Source of the DNA: a virus | Virus record (IMG/VR): IMGVR_UViG_3300008117_006295 | Span: 13,132-77,131 of that record | Strand: one strand, 5' to 3' | DNA length: 64,000 bases | Part shown: piece by piece, positions 7,320 to 17,796 of the stretch | How positions within the stretch are numbered: position 1 is the first letter of the stretch | How the letters are laid out: the number at the start of each line of letters is the position of its first letter | Position numbers and translations under genes: made by a program | Notes under the pieces: model-generated | Database searches by the model: none | Told to the model about the DNA's origin: nothing | Seen by the model: the letters and a program-made list of their open reading frames with translations, nothing else

Positions 7320-8972
7320 ATGTCTCATAAAAAATATTATTGGCTCAATTCTCATAGTCGTTTATTCTTAGAAAGAGGATATTTAGCTGATGGGCTTAGT
7401 CCAGAAGAAAGAATCAGACAAATAGCAGATAGAGCAGAAGAACTACTAGGAATCCCAGGATTTGCTGATAAATTTGAGGACTATGTTAGTAGAGGATTTT
7501 ATTCATTATCTACTCCTGTATGGAATAACTTTGGTAATCAAAGAGGACTGCCAGTTAGTTGTTTTAATAGTCATATTAGTGATACTATGCAAAGCATACT
7601 ATATAAAGTTGCTGAAGTAGGAATGATGAGTAAATTGGGTGGTGGTACAAGCGGATATTTCGGTGATCTTAGACCAAGAGGATCAAAGATAAGTGTTGGT
7701 GGAGAATCTAGTGGACCTATTCACTTTATGGAATTGTTTGATAAAGTAGCAGATGTTGTTAGTCAGGGTTCTGCTCGTAGAGGATCGTTTGCAGCATATA
7801 TGCCAGTTGAACATCCAGATATTGAAGAGTTTTTACAAATTAGATCCGAAGGACACAGTATTCAGAATATGAGTATTGGCATAACAATCAGTGATTCTTG
7901 GATGAAGAGTATGGTAGATGGTGACAAAGAAAAACGAAAAATTTGGGCAAAGATTATTAAAAAACGTTTTGAAACTGGCTATCCATATTTAATGTTTGTA
8001 GACACTATTAACAATAATAGTCCAGAAGTCTATAAAGATAAAAATCTAAAGATCAATAGTTCTAATTTATGTTCAGAGATTACACTATCTTCAGATGAAA
8101 GTAATTCTTTTGTTTGTGTACTATCATCATTAAATCTGCTTCATTGGGATGAAATAATACAAACAGATGCTATTGAAACTTTGATTTATTTTTTGGATGC
8201 AATAAATGAAGAATTTATAATCAAAACTGAAAATATTAAATTTATGGAAAGCGCATATAATTTTGCAAAAAATCAAAGAGCGCTAGGAATGGGTGTTCTT
8301 GGATGGCATTCATATTTACAAAGTAAAATGATACCGTTTGAATCTCTAAAAGCTAAAACATTAAATAATACTATATGGAAACAAATTAGAGAAAAATCCG
8401 ATAAAGCAAGTATAGAGCTAGCTAATAAATTTGGAGAACCACCTTTATTAAAAGGATATGGTAGACGCAATGTTACTACACTAGCTATTGCCCCAACAAC
8501 ATCTAGTTCATTTATTCTTGGGCAAGTTAGTCCAAGCATAGAACCATTGAATAGCAATTATTTTGTTAAAAATTTAGCAAAAGGTAAATTCACATATAAA
8601 AATCCATATCTCAAAGAACTTCTAAAAGGCTATGATAAAAATGATGATGAGACATGGAAGAGCATTTTAATAAGAGGAGGATCTGTTCAACATCTATCAT
8701 TCTTATCCAAAGAAGAAAAAGATGTATTCAAAACATTTGGTGAAATTTCTCAAAAAGAAATTGTGATTCAAGCATCTCAAAGACAAAAATATATAGATCA
8801 ATCACAATCGTTAAACCTAATGGTTGGTACAGACGTTTCTCCAAAAGAAGTTAGCACTCTACTAATAGAGGGCTGGGAAATGGGAATCAAAACATTTTAC
8901 TATCAAAGATCAGGTAATCCTGCTCAGGAATTAGCTCGTAATATTTTAACTTGTTCATCATGTGAGGCTTAA
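7320..8972 (+). CDS. nrdA: Ribonucleotide reductase large subunit (short, no ATP cone)
   Basis: PVSCF, GGGTS, SNLCSEI, AIAPTTSSS, KTFYY and C-terminal CSSCEA. Confidence 0.96.
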   Translation: MSHKKYYWLNSHSRLFLERGYLADGLSPEERIRQIADRAEELLGIPGFADKFEDYVSRGFYSLSTPVWNNFGNQRGLPVSCFNSHISDTMQSILYKVAEVGMMSKLGGGTSGYFGDLRPRGSKISVGGESSGPIHFMELFDKVADVVSQGSARRGSFAAYMPVEHPDIEEFLQIRSEGHSIQNMSIGITISDSWMKSMVDGDKEKRKIWAKIIKKRFETGYPYLMFVDTINNNSPEVYKDKNLKINSSNLCSEITLSSDESNSFVCVLSSLNLLHWDEIIQTDAIETLIYFLDAINEEFIIKTENIKFMESAYNFAKNQRALGMGVLGWHSYLQSKMIPFESLKAKTLNNTIWKQIREKSDKASIELANKFGEPPLLKGYGRRNVTTLAIAPTTSSSFILGQVSPSIEPLNSNYFVKNLAKGKFTYKNPYLKELLKGYDKNDDETWKSILIRGGSVQHLSFLSKEEKDVFKTFGEISQKEIVIQASQRQKYIDQSQSLNLMVGTDVSPKEVSTLLIEGWEMGIKTFYYQRSGNPAQELARNILTCSSCEA

Positions 8973-8974
8973 TA

Positions 8975-9400
8975 ATGATTAGAGTAATGAAAATAAATGA
9001 TAATGCAACAATACCGACCAGAGCAAATATGTATGATGCTGGTGCAGACTTACACTCTGTTGAAAATATAACAATACCACCATTATCAAGAGCGATAGTT
9101 AGTACTGGTATTATTGTAGAGTTTCCATCATATAATGTATATGGAAGAATTGCACCAAGATCTGGCTTAGCTGTAAAACATGGTATTGATGTTTTAGCAG
9201 GAGTAGTTGATAATGGATATAGAGGAGAAATAAAAGTAGTACTATTTAATACTGATAAAGATAATTCATTCGAGGTTAAAATAGGTGACAGGATTGCTCA
9301 ATTAATAGTTGAAAATTTTTATATTGGTCCAGTAATGGAAGGTGAAATTGATTTAAATACAGAAAGATCCAATAACGGGTTTGGATCAAGTGGGACATAG
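8975..9400 (+). CDS. dut: Trimeric dUTPase
   Basis: AGADL, RIAPRSGLA, GVVDNGYRGEI, GDRIAQL, RSNNGFGSSG. Confidence 0.96.
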   Translation: MIRVMKINDNATIPTRANMYDAGADLHSVENITIPPLSRAIVSTGIIVEFPSYNVYGRIAPRSGLAVKHGIDVLAGVVDNGYRGEIKVVLFNTDKDNSFEVKIGDRIAQLIVENFYIGPVMEGEIDLNTERSNNGFGSSGT

Positions 9401-9428
9401 ATATAACATATATATAAAATAGCTTTTA

Positions 9429-9434
9429 GTGTAT
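9429..9434 (+). promoter_or_regulatory. GTGTAT motif, candidate late promoter
   Basis: AGTGTATATATTAAG in the gap upstream of phoH. Confidence 0.5.
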
Positions 9435-9481
9435 ATATTAAGTATTGTAGTACTTAACAGTATATATTAAAGGAATCAAAC

Positions 9482-10216
9482 TTGAAAAAAAATACCAGAA
9501 GTAAGAGTGGTAAAAAGAAAAAAGTAATAGATGCTACTAATAATATTCAAGTTCCAGCGATTAATAGAAATAGTCTTAAGCCAAGAACTCCAAATCAGAT
9601 TGAATATATAAGAACAATATCTGAGAATGTTATTACGTTCTGTCATGGTGTTGCTGGTTCTGGAAAGACTCATATCGCAATAGGTATGGCTCTAGAATAT
9701 TTATTAGCCAATAAAATTAAAAAAATTATAATTACTAGACCAGTTGTTGAAAGTGGAGAAAAAATTGGATATTTACCAGGAACAGCAGAAGAAAAATTAC
9801 ATCCTTATCTTCTGCCTATTCTTGATGAAATTAAATACTTCATATCTGTTGCAGAGTACTCAAGTTTAAAAACGAACGACAGAATCGAAGTGGTGCCTCT
9901 TGGATTGATGAGAGGACGTAACTTTCATAATAGTTTTATAGTTGCGGACGAATGCCAAAATGCATCATACGATCAATTAAAAATGCTATTGACAAGAATT
10001 GGAAATGGAAGTAAAATGATATTGACCGGTGACCATACTCAAAGTGATCTTAGTCGTAATTTACGCGGAGGATTCTTCGATATAATCAACGCTCTTACGG
10101 GTACTGATGGAATCGGTTTTTCACAGTTAGAACACAAGGATATAGTTCGTAATCCTATTATACCAAAAATACTTGTTCGTTTAGAAAATTTTGAAAATGA
10201 AAGCAGAAAACAGTAG
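9482..10216 (+). CDS. phoH: PhoH family ATPase
   Basis: GVAGSGKT, IITRPVVE, GYLPG, MRGRNF, DECQN, TGDHTQSDL; TTG start with AAGGA RBS. Confidence 0.95.
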   Translation: MKKNTRSKSGKKKKVIDATNNIQVPAINRNSLKPRTPNQIEYIRTISENVITFCHGVAGSGKTHIAIGMALEYLLANKIKKIIITRPVVESGEKIGYLPGTAEEKLHPYLLPILDEIKYFISVAEYSSLKTNDRIEVVPLGLMRGRNFHNSFIVADECQNASYDQLKMLLTRIGNGSKMILTGDHTQSDLSRNLRGGFFDIINALTGTDGIGFSQLEHKDIVRNPIIPKILVRLENFENESRKQ

Positions 10217-10781
10217 ATGCTTATTATTAAATGGTGATTATTCTCCATTAGCCATTATAAGTTGGAAACGAGCACTTATACTATCTATTAAATATGAGGA
10301 GAATAATATAAGAGGTGTTGAAATAATAGATTTTTATAAATCAGATTTTATTCAATGCTCTAATGATAAACGGATGCCTATACCAGCGGTTGCTAAGACT
10401 AAAAAGTTTTTTAGACTACAAGATCAACAAGCTACATTTTCTAGAAAAAATATATTTATAAGAGATAATTATACTTGCCAATATTGTGGAAATAAATTTG
10501 ATACTAATTCGTTAACATATGATCATGTTATACCGAAATCTGTACTTAAAAATTCTGGATCTCCACCAACTTGTTGGACAAATATAGTAACGGCTTGTGT
10601 ATCATGTAATAGAAAAAAAGGCAATAGAACACCTAAACAAGCTAATATGCCATTAAGAACTATACCTATTAGACCAAAACAAAATGGTAGGAGCTTGTCA
10701 ATCACGCATCAGCTGTCTAAAATAAGAACAGCCGTGCCAAGTGAATGGCTGTTATATATCCCAGAATCATATTTATTATAA
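10197..10781 (+). CDS. HNH endonuclease
   Basis: RDNYTCQYCG, TYDHVIPKS, WTNIVTACVSCNRKKG. Confidence 0.9.
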   Translation: MKAENSRCLLLNGDYSPLAIISWKRALILSIKYEENNIRGVEIIDFYKSDFIQCSNDKRMPIPAVAKTKKFFRLQDQQATFSRKNIFIRDNYTCQYCGNKFDTNSLTYDHVIPKSVLKNSGSPPTCWTNIVTACVSCNRKKGNRTPKQANMPLRTIPIRPKQNGRSLSITHQLSKIRTAVPSEWLLYIPESYLL

Positions 10782-11134
10782 TGCCTCTATACTCCTATAT
10801 CTGTAATAACTGTAGCAGCTTATTTGAAATGGTTTATTCTTATTCAGAATATGATGAATCTAAAAATAGCACAAAATGTCCATCTTGTGGTTCTAAAAAA
10901 GTTGAACGAAATGTTGATGATATGAAAACATTAAGCTCTTCTGTAAAAAAATCTGACGGCGAACTTAAAACTATTGGTGATCTTGCTCGTAGAAATACAG
11001 ATAGAATGAGCGAAGATCAAAAAGAAGTATTGAATCAAAAACATAATGCATATAAAGAAGAAGTAATAGATAAACCATTACCAAAAGGTATGTCTAGAAT
11101 GAAAAAAACTAAGGGTAAAACAAAATGGTACTAA
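10781..11134 (+). CDS. FmdB-family zinc ribbon protein
   Basis: MPLYSYICNNC...FE...CPSCGS; TAATG coupling puts the start at 10781. Confidence 0.85.
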   Translation: MPLYSYICNNCSSLFEMVYSYSEYDESKNSTKCPSCGSKKVERNVDDMKTLSSSVKKSDGELKTIGDLARRNTDRMSEDQKEVLNQKHNAYKEEVIDKPLPKGMSRMKKTKGKTKWY

Positions 11135-11145
11135 AAGAAGATAAT

Positions 11146-11526
11146 ATGGAAAATTATATTTATCAAAATAATACTGATAATAATAATATTGAAAGTGAAT
11201 ATTATACTTTAATAGGTCTTGAAGACTACATGGATTCAAATAATAGACCAAGGCTTAAAGATGAACAAGATGATAATATTTTTGCTAAAAAAATTGTTAG
11301 AGACAATTCATCAGTAAGATATAGTGTCAGATTATCAAAAGATGGTAAAATTTTTAATCCAGTATCTATTTATGGTAAAGAAAATAATTCTACATTTTTA
11401 GATAGAATTTGTAGAGCATCAGGGAAATTTAAAGATGTAAACTATAAAGCTTTTGATATGTATATTAATTTCTTAAAAACAAAAAATTCCGCATGGCTAC
11501 ATAACGCCGAAAGAGAGGCTGAATAA
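11146..11526 (+). CDS. Hypothetical protein
   Basis: ORF within a coupled operon; start may be 11125 or 11146. Confidence 0.7.
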   Translation: MENYIYQNNTDNNNIESEYYTLIGLEDYMDSNNRPRLKDEQDDNIFAKKIVRDNSSVRYSVRLSKDGKIFNPVSIYGKENNSTFLDRICRASGKFKDVNYKAFDMYINFLKTKNSAWLHNAEREAE

Positions 11527-11882
11527 TGGCAAAAATTACAAAGATTCAAAACTATGCTATATTATGGTTGAACTATCAAGGAATAGAATCAATTAAAATA
11601 GCAGATGAACTCAAATTAACAGAAAAACAAGTCCTCTCTGTTTTAGAAAAAGGCATAGATTCTAAAGTATCAAAAGATTCAACTATTAAAACCGTTAAGT
11701 CATCAGTGAATAAAAGCAGATCAAAAGATTTGATGATAACGCAAACATCTGCAAAAGGAACAAAAAACGTAGCTATAATGACACAAGAGGCCAGTCAACT
11801 AAATGATGATTTAAAAAAAATTAATACTAGCACTTCATCTTCAAGAGCCAAAAATAATATAATCTATCGCCCAAATGGCTAA
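11526..11882 (+). CDS. Hypothetical protein with N-terminal HTH-like segment
   Basis: QGIESIKIADELKLTEKQV resembles an HTH. Confidence 0.6.
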   Translation: MAKITKIQNYAILWLNYQGIESIKIADELKLTEKQVLSVLEKGIDSKVSKDSTIKTVKSSVNKSRSKDLMITQTSAKGTKNVAIMTQEASQLNDDLKKINTSTSSSRAKNNIIYRPNG

Positions 11883-12309
11883 TAAAAAATATCCATCGAA
11901 ATATTCGAATGGTAAACTAGTATCTGCTGCTCAATATATCACAGAGATAATATGTGAAAATAGAGCTAAGATGCTTAAAAAAGATTTACATTATCGTTTT
12001 TGGGTAAGTAAAGAATGGGCTTCTTACTATCGTAATCAAATAGGAACCGCTAATAAACTCTTAGAAAAATATAGTGATACCGCTATAATAAAAGCATTGA
12101 ATAATTCAAAGGCTTCAAAAATTTATTCTTTGCGAGCACCACACTTGTTGCCTATCATAGAACACGAAGAAGAAATAGTACAATCCCAAAATAAAATATT
12201 CACAAAAGAAATTGAAAGATTAGAAAATCCAAAATTTCAATCTGTGAATATAGGTATCAAAAAAAATAATATATTGTCAAAATTAAAGGATATAGATAAT
12301 GAGTCTTAA
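11875..12309 (+). CDS. Hypothetical protein
   Basis: 144-aa ORF overlapping both neighbours. Confidence 0.7.
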   Translation: MANKKYPSKYSNGKLVSAAQYITEIICENRAKMLKKDLHYRFWVSKEWASYYRNQIGTANKLLEKYSDTAIIKALNNSKASKIYSLRAPHLLPIIEHEEEIVQSQNKIFTKEIERLENPKFQSVNIGIKKNNILSKLKDIDNES

Positions 12310-13312
12310 AGACGATGTTGTGAAAAATTTCGGTGATGATATTATCCTAAGTGGTAATGCTATAGTTGATAAAAAAAATGTGATAATACCAATTAGTCCA
12401 TCATTAGACATAGTACTAAATGGAGGAATACCAGAAGGTAGCTTCGTAGTATTAACAGGACAACCAAAGTGCGGTAAAACAACAACCTCATTGGATTTTG
12501 CCGCTACTGCACAAAAACCAGAATATAAAGGAGCATTAAAAGATACACGAGAAGTGTACTACCTTAACATTGAAGGTCGATTAAAGAAACGCGATCTTGA
12601 AGGAATACCAGGATTAAATCTTGACAAATTCCATGTAATTGGTAGTCAGCAAGGCAAAATTCTTCATGCTGAGGAATATCTACAAATTGGTGAAAAAATT
12701 ATTAATGAAATCCCAGGAAGTGTTGTTATCATAGACTCATATTCTGCATTATGCACAGAAGCAGAAATAACGAGTGAAATGGATAAGATGCAAAGAGCAG
12801 ATGGGGCTAAATTATTAGCAAAATTTTGTCGCAAGGTCGCTAATGTTATTCCTGTTAATAAAAATATAGTAATTGGTATTACCCATCTTATGGGTAATCC
12901 TACCGGCTATGGTGCAGAATTCAAGGAGAAAAGTGGTCAGGCTATCGCTTATCAAACTGATATTAAACTAAGAGCTAAAACATTTAAACCTTGGACATTA
13001 AGTGCAGATAGTACTCAGATAGGACAAGAGATAGAATGGCAAGTAGTATGCTCTGCTTTAGGTCCACCAGGAGGTAATATCACAAGCTATATTAGATATG
13101 GCCAAGGGGTTGACAAATATATGGAAGCGATTACACTTGCTTCTGATATGGGTATCATACATAAAGGTGGTGCATGGTATACTTTGACTAGTTTGTCAGA
13201 TAAACCAAAATTTCAAGGTGCTGAAAAAGTAAGACAGTATTTGTTAGAAAATGAACAAGCCTATAAAGATTTAGTATCAAGTATTAAAACAACAATGGGT
13301 CTTAAATGCTAG
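12299..13312 (+). CDS. recA: RecA/UvsX-like recombinase
   Basis: SLDIVLNGGIPEG, Walker A GQPKCGKT, Walker B VIIDS, C-terminal KGGAWY/FQG. Confidence 0.92.
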   Translation: MSLKDDVVKNFGDDIILSGNAIVDKKNVIIPISPSLDIVLNGGIPEGSFVVLTGQPKCGKTTTSLDFAATAQKPEYKGALKDTREVYYLNIEGRLKKRDLEGIPGLNLDKFHVIGSQQGKILHAEEYLQIGEKIINEIPGSVVIIDSYSALCTEAEITSEMDKMQRADGAKLLAKFCRKVANVIPVNKNIVIGITHLMGNPTGYGAEFKEKSGQAIAYQTDIKLRAKTFKPWTLSADSTQIGQEIEWQVVCSALGPPGGNITSYIRYGQGVDKYMEAITLASDMGIIHKGGAWYTLTSLSDKPKFQGAEKVRQYLLENEQAYKDLVSSIKTTMGLKC

Positions 13313-13710
13313 TAAAAGATTTGGATGGTAATAATCATAATTGGTTATTAACTGGTAATATGGCTAAGGGTAAAGTATCCAATAAGTCTTCTTATCATCT
13401 TTCCGCTAGAAATATTATTAATATTATATATCCAACATTACAAATTTTAGAAGAAGTACCAATACAGTTAAGAAAAAATGAAACCTTATATTTAGATTTT
13501 TATTTACCCTTAAAAAAAGTATGTATAGAAGTTCATGGCGAACAGCACTATAAGTTTATTGCATTTTATCACAATACTATATTAAATTTTTTGAAAGCAC
13601 AAAAAAGAGATAAAGAAAAACAAGAATGGTGTGAAATCAATAGTATAAAGCATATTATTTTACCATATGATAAAGAAACAGAATGGAGAGATATCATTGT
13701 CAACCACTAA
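13306..13710 (+). CDS. DUF559/Vsr-like PD-(D/E)xK endonuclease
   Basis: LDFYLP...IEVHGEQHY...RDKEKQEWC. Confidence 0.75.
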   Translation: MLVKDLDGNNHNWLLTGNMAKGKVSNKSSYHLSARNIINIIYPTLQILEEVPIQLRKNETLYLDFYLPLKKVCIEVHGEQHYKFIAFYHNTILNFLKAQKRDKEKQEWCEINSIKHIILPYDKETEWRDIIVNH

Positions 13711-14185
13711 AGAACAAGTAGAGCATTGGGATAAAATTCTTGATGAATATGAAACATCTGTTGGTCTTGGTAAATATAGCGATATTCATAATTTTACTGA
13801 AGATGAACTTAATCAATATTTTACAATGAATCGTGATGTAATAGAGAAATTAACCCCAGAAGATTGTGCTCAAATATCTTATAGATTAGCACAGTATGCC
13901 TTTTTTATGCAAAGAACACTTAATAGAGAAATAGCTAGACATAACTGGGCTGAAGAAACAATAAAAGAAACTATTGCTGATGAAATTAATAATTACAAAG
14001 GATATGGATTTGTTGAAAAATCTTTACAAGCAATTAAACATAATGAAAAAGCATTTGCTCTCAATAAAATTAAAAAATATGCTCAACAAAGAATGGATAG
14101 ATTGAGCTATCTTGCAAATAGTATTAAAAATTTATCAGATATTCTTCTTTCTGTACAAAGAACAAAGGTGAAACATGGATCTTAA
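13697..14185 (+). CDS. Helical protein, possibly a UvsY-like recombination mediator
   Basis: TTG start after a GGAG RBS; long coiled coil two genes downstream of RecA. Function is inferred from context only. Confidence 0.5.
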   Translation: MSTTKEQVEHWDKILDEYETSVGLGKYSDIHNFTEDELNQYFTMNRDVIEKLTPEDCAQISYRLAQYAFFMQRTLNREIARHNWAEETIKETIADEINNYKGYGFVEKSLQAIKHNEKAFALNKIKKYAQQRMDRLSYLANSIKNLSDILLSVQRTKVKHGS

Positions 14186-14576
14186 TAAATTATTCAGTGA
14201 TTCTAATCCAAACGAAATCAAAAAATTGATCAGTTTATTGCAATCTATGGTTGACAATAGTTCATCAGATGGAGATAATGAATCTGAGGACAATGAAGAT
14301 GAACAGATAATCAAAACCCGTTCACAAAAAACAAATACTAAACGATCAAAAAAACAAAACAATAAATTCTTATCTATGCAAGAAATGAATATGCATAAAG
14401 AAGATATTGAATTTCAAAAAAGGGTTTCTAAACATCCTCCAGTACCAAGGAATAGAGGATTTGAACCATTAAGAGTAAAATGTAGAGTTTGTGGAAAAAC
14501 AGAAGAAGTTAATGGAGCATTAGTTGATTCTGTTGAAAGATATAAATGTAATAATTGTGCATCATCCGCTGGTTAA
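14175..14576 (+). CDS. Hypothetical protein with C-terminal zinc ribbon
   Basis: CRVCG...YKCNNC. Confidence 0.7.
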   Translation: MDLNKLFSDSNPNEIKKLISLLQSMVDNSSSDGDNESEDNEDEQIIKTRSQKTNTKRSKKQNNKFLSMQEMNMHKEDIEFQKRVSKHPPVPRNRGFEPLRVKCRVCGKTEEVNGALVDSVERYKCNNCASSAG

Positions 14577-14588
14577 TCAAGGAATAAA

Positions 14589-16070
14589 ATGATATTATGT
14601 GATCCAGCAGCCGAGAGGGCTGTTTTAGCTGGTATTTGTTCATATGGTGAAGATGCCTATTTGGACATTATCGATATAGTTCAATCATCGACATTTACCA
14701 TTGATAGTAATGGTATAATTTTTCAATGTTTAAAAAAAATCTGTGAAAGCGATAAAAAGCCCAAAATAGATTTGGCTTCAATATATTCTTCGGCACAAGA
14801 ACTTGGATTTGCAAACATCTTATCCAAAAAAGAAGAAGCACAACATTTAAAAGCTGTTATAGATTTTCCAGTTAGTTTAGAAAATGTAAGAAAATTTGCA
14901 GCCAAAATACGCAAACTTGAAATAACAAGATTGCTTAGAAAACAATTAGAATCAGCACAAGATAAACTTTTAGATATTAATGGTAGTGAATCAATTTCTA
15001 GTATTCTGGGGATAGCAGAAGACACCATCTTTAATTTTTCTTCTTTATTAAATGATACTGATAATAATCCTGTTCATGTTGCAAAAGACATAGACTCTTA
15101 CATCAAAAGTTTAGAAGAAAATAAAATTGATCAAATCGGCATACCCACCGGCTTTCCTGCTTATGATAGAGCGATAGGAGGAGGCTTTAGAAGAGGAACC
15201 GTTAATGTAATTGCTGCTAGACCTAAAACTGGTAAAACTTTATTAGCAGATAATATTGGATATTATATTGCAAATAAATTAAAAATTCCAGTTCTTAATA
15301 TGGATACAGAAATGAGCACTCTTGATCATATTAATAGAATTCTAGCTATGAATACAGAGATTGAAATCAATTCAATTGAAACTGGAAAATTTGCAGAATC
15401 TCCAGATAAAAAGACAAAAATTATACAAGCATCAGAAACATTAAAAGAAACTCCTCTTTTCTATAAAAGTATAGCGGGAAAACCATTCGAAGAACAACTA
15501 GCTATTATGAGAAGATGGATAGTTAAAGAAGTGGGTTTAAATGATGATGGTTCAGCAAAAGAATGCGTTATAATATATGATTATCTAAAACTTATGGATA
15601 GTACCGGAATATCTCAGGATATGAAAGAGTATCAAGTTCTAGGCTTCATGATGACTAGTTTACATAATTTTGCCGTTAGATATCAGGTTCCAATATTATC
15701 ATTTATTCAATTAAATAGAGATGGCATAACAAAAGAAAGTACAGATACTGCTTCCGGTTCAGATAGAATTATATGGTTATGTAGTAATTTCAGTATCTTT
15801 AAAAGAAAGAGCGATGAAGAAATAGCGGAAGATGGAATAGATAACGGTAATAGAAAATTATTACCATTAGTTAGTCGTCACGGTGGAGGATTAGACGATA
15901 ATGATTATATCAATTGTCATATGAAAGGCTGGTGTGCCAAAATATCTGAAGGTAAGACAAGACTAGAATTATTAAATAATACTAAAAATAAAGACGAAGG
16001 ATTTATAATTGATGACAACTCAAACTTTAATGACGAAGATGAAGACGCACCGCAAATCCCATTTAAATAA
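14589..16070 (+). CDS. dnaB: Replicative DNA helicase DnaB
   Basis: AERAVLAG, GIPTGF, AARPKTGKT, IYDYLKL, IQLNR. Confidence 0.95.
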   Translation: MILCDPAAERAVLAGICSYGEDAYLDIIDIVQSSTFTIDSNGIIFQCLKKICESDKKPKIDLASIYSSAQELGFANILSKKEEAQHLKAVIDFPVSLENVRKFAAKIRKLEITRLLRKQLESAQDKLLDINGSESISSILGIAEDTIFNFSSLLNDTDNNPVHVAKDIDSYIKSLEENKIDQIGIPTGFPAYDRAIGGGFRRGTVNVIAARPKTGKTLLADNIGYYIANKLKIPVLNMDTEMSTLDHINRILAMNTEIEINSIETGKFAESPDKKTKIIQASETLKETPLFYKSIAGKPFEEQLAIMRRWIVKEVGLNDDGSAKECVIIYDYLKLMDSTGISQDMKEYQVLGFMMTSLHNFAVRYQVPILSFIQLNRDGITKESTDTASGSDRIIWLCSNFSIFKRKSDEEIAEDGIDNGNRKLLPLVSRHGGGLDDNDYINCHMKGWCAKISEGKTRLELLNNTKNKDEGFIIDDNSNFNDEDEDAPQIPFK

Positions 16071-17196
16071 TCAAGATAAATTAAAACTTGTTTGTGATGA
16101 TTTATGCGATCATATTGATGAACTTTTAGATTTTCTAGATCTAAAGTATAGTATGAACAATAAAATGGTCTCAATGTGCTGTCCGATACACGATGGAGAC
16201 AACCCATCTGCTATAAATATATATTATACTGGTGACTATTATAGAGGAAACTGGAAATGCAGAACTCATGGTTGCGATAAAATTTTTAAAGGATCGATAA
16301 TAGGATTTGTTAGAGGCGTTATATCAAGTCAAAAATATGGATGGGTGAAAGACGGTGATCAAGGATGCTCGTTTGAAGAGGCTGTAGAATTTTGTCTAAA
16401 TTTTTTGAAAAAAGATTTTAAAGACATAAAGGTATCAAAAACCGATAAAGAAAAAAAGCAATTTGCATCTATCATAGAAAATATATTTGATGATCGAAAA
16501 ATAGAAAATAATAAAGTGTTGCCATCAAGAGATGCTGTTCGCAAGTCTCTTATTATGCCATGCGATTATTTTGTTAACAGAGGCTTTAACAAAGATATAT
16601 TAGATAAATATGATGTAGGTCTATGTAACAAACAAGATAAAGAAATGTTTAATAGGGCGGTAGCACCAATCTATAATGATGATGCTACAAAAATGGTTGG
16701 ATGTACTGCTCGTAGCATATTTGAAAAATGTGATCATTGTAAACATTTTCACGACCCTGTTTTAGAATGCCCAGATAAAGAAGATCTATGGAAATATTCA
16801 AAATGGAAACATAGTAATAATTTTAAGATAAATCATTATCTATATAATTTTTGGTATGCTAAAGAACATATAGCAAAATCTCATACGGCCATACTGGTTG
16901 AGAGTCCTGGAAATGTTTGGAAATTAGAAGAAAATGGTATACATAATAGTTTAGCTATATTTGGATCTTCATTGAGCGATAGACAAAAAATCTTATTGGA
17001 TTCTTCTGGAGCAATGGCTATAGTTATTATAACAGATAACGATGAGGCAGGAGACAGTGCTGCCAAACAAATAGAATCAAAATGTAAAAATACCTATAGA
17101 ATATTTCATTTTAAAATTTCTAAAAACGATGTTGCCGATATGACATCAGAAGAGATTCAAGCTGAAATTAAAAATAAATTAGAAAGAATAGTATGA
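16039..17196 (+). CDS. dnaG: DNA primase (CHC2 zinc finger + TOPRIM)
   Basis: CPIHDGDNPS...WKCRTHGC, ILVESPGNV, DNDEAG; start uncertain (16009-16039). Confidence 0.9.
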   Translation: MKTHRKSHLNNQDKLKLVCDDLCDHIDELLDFLDLKYSMNNKMVSMCCPIHDGDNPSAINIYYTGDYYRGNWKCRTHGCDKIFKGSIIGFVRGVISSQKYGWVKDGDQGCSFEEAVEFCLNFLKKDFKDIKVSKTDKEKKQFASIIENIFDDRKIENNKVLPSRDAVRKSLIMPCDYFVNRGFNKDILDKYDVGLCNKQDKEMFNRAVAPIYNDDATKMVGCTARSIFEKCDHCKHFHDPVLECPDKEDLWKYSKWKHSNNFKINHYLYNFWYAKEHIAKSHTAILVESPGNVWKLEENGIHNSLAIFGSSLSDRQKILLDSSGAMAIVIITDNDEAGDSAAKQIESKCKNTYRIFHFKISKNDVADMTSEEIQAEIKNKLERIV

Positions 17197-17783
17197 CTAA
17201 AATTATAGCATTTTCTGGTCGTAAACAATCTGGAAAAACTTCTAGTGGAGATTATTTACAATCATTATTAGATCATGCTGGCTTATCACAAAAATATAAA
17301 TTATATAGTTTCGCTGATCCTTTAAAAAACGATATTTGTATGAATATTTTAGGACTAACATATGAACAATGTAATGGTACCGATGTAGATAAAAATACTC
17401 TAACAGATATATTTTGGCAAGGAGAGCAATTAACTGCCAGAAGAGTGATGGAGGTTGTTGGTACTGATATATTTAGATCACTTAAAAATGATGTTTGGGT
17501 AAGCTCTACAGTTAGAAAAATTCAACAAGAAAATTGTGATATTGCTATTATTTTAGATGTAAGATTTCCAAATGAAGTAGAAGCTATAAAATCTATCGGT
17601 GGACACGTTCTAAGGCTAACGCTAGATCCATTTCATTCTGAATCATCTAGCGAAAGCGCATTGGATCAAAAAATATATGATTGGAATAATTTTGATGCTA
17701 TTATAAATAATATAAATATGTCAATTGAAGATAAAAATATTGCTATTAAAGATTTTTGTAAACATAAAAACATTATACCATAG
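17193..17783 (+). CDS. Deoxynucleoside monophosphate kinase (T4 gp1-like)
   Basis: SGRKQSGKT, SFADPLK, GTDIFR, DVRFPNE, HSESSSE. Confidence 0.9.
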   Translation: MTKIIAFSGRKQSGKTSSGDYLQSLLDHAGLSQKYKLYSFADPLKNDICMNILGLTYEQCNGTDVDKNTLTDIFWQGEQLTARRVMEVVGTDIFRSLKNDVWVSSTVRKIQQENCDIAIILDVRFPNEVEAIKSIGGHVLRLTLDPFHSESSSESALDQKIYDWNNFDAIINNINMSIEDKNIAIKDFCKHKNIIP

Positions 17784-17796
17784 AAATAAAAATAAT

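Noticed and set aside
13110-13137. TTGACA-16 nt-TACACT inside recA
   Set aside because: A possible internal promoter, but it lies deep within coding sequence, has a weaker -10 and has no independent support.
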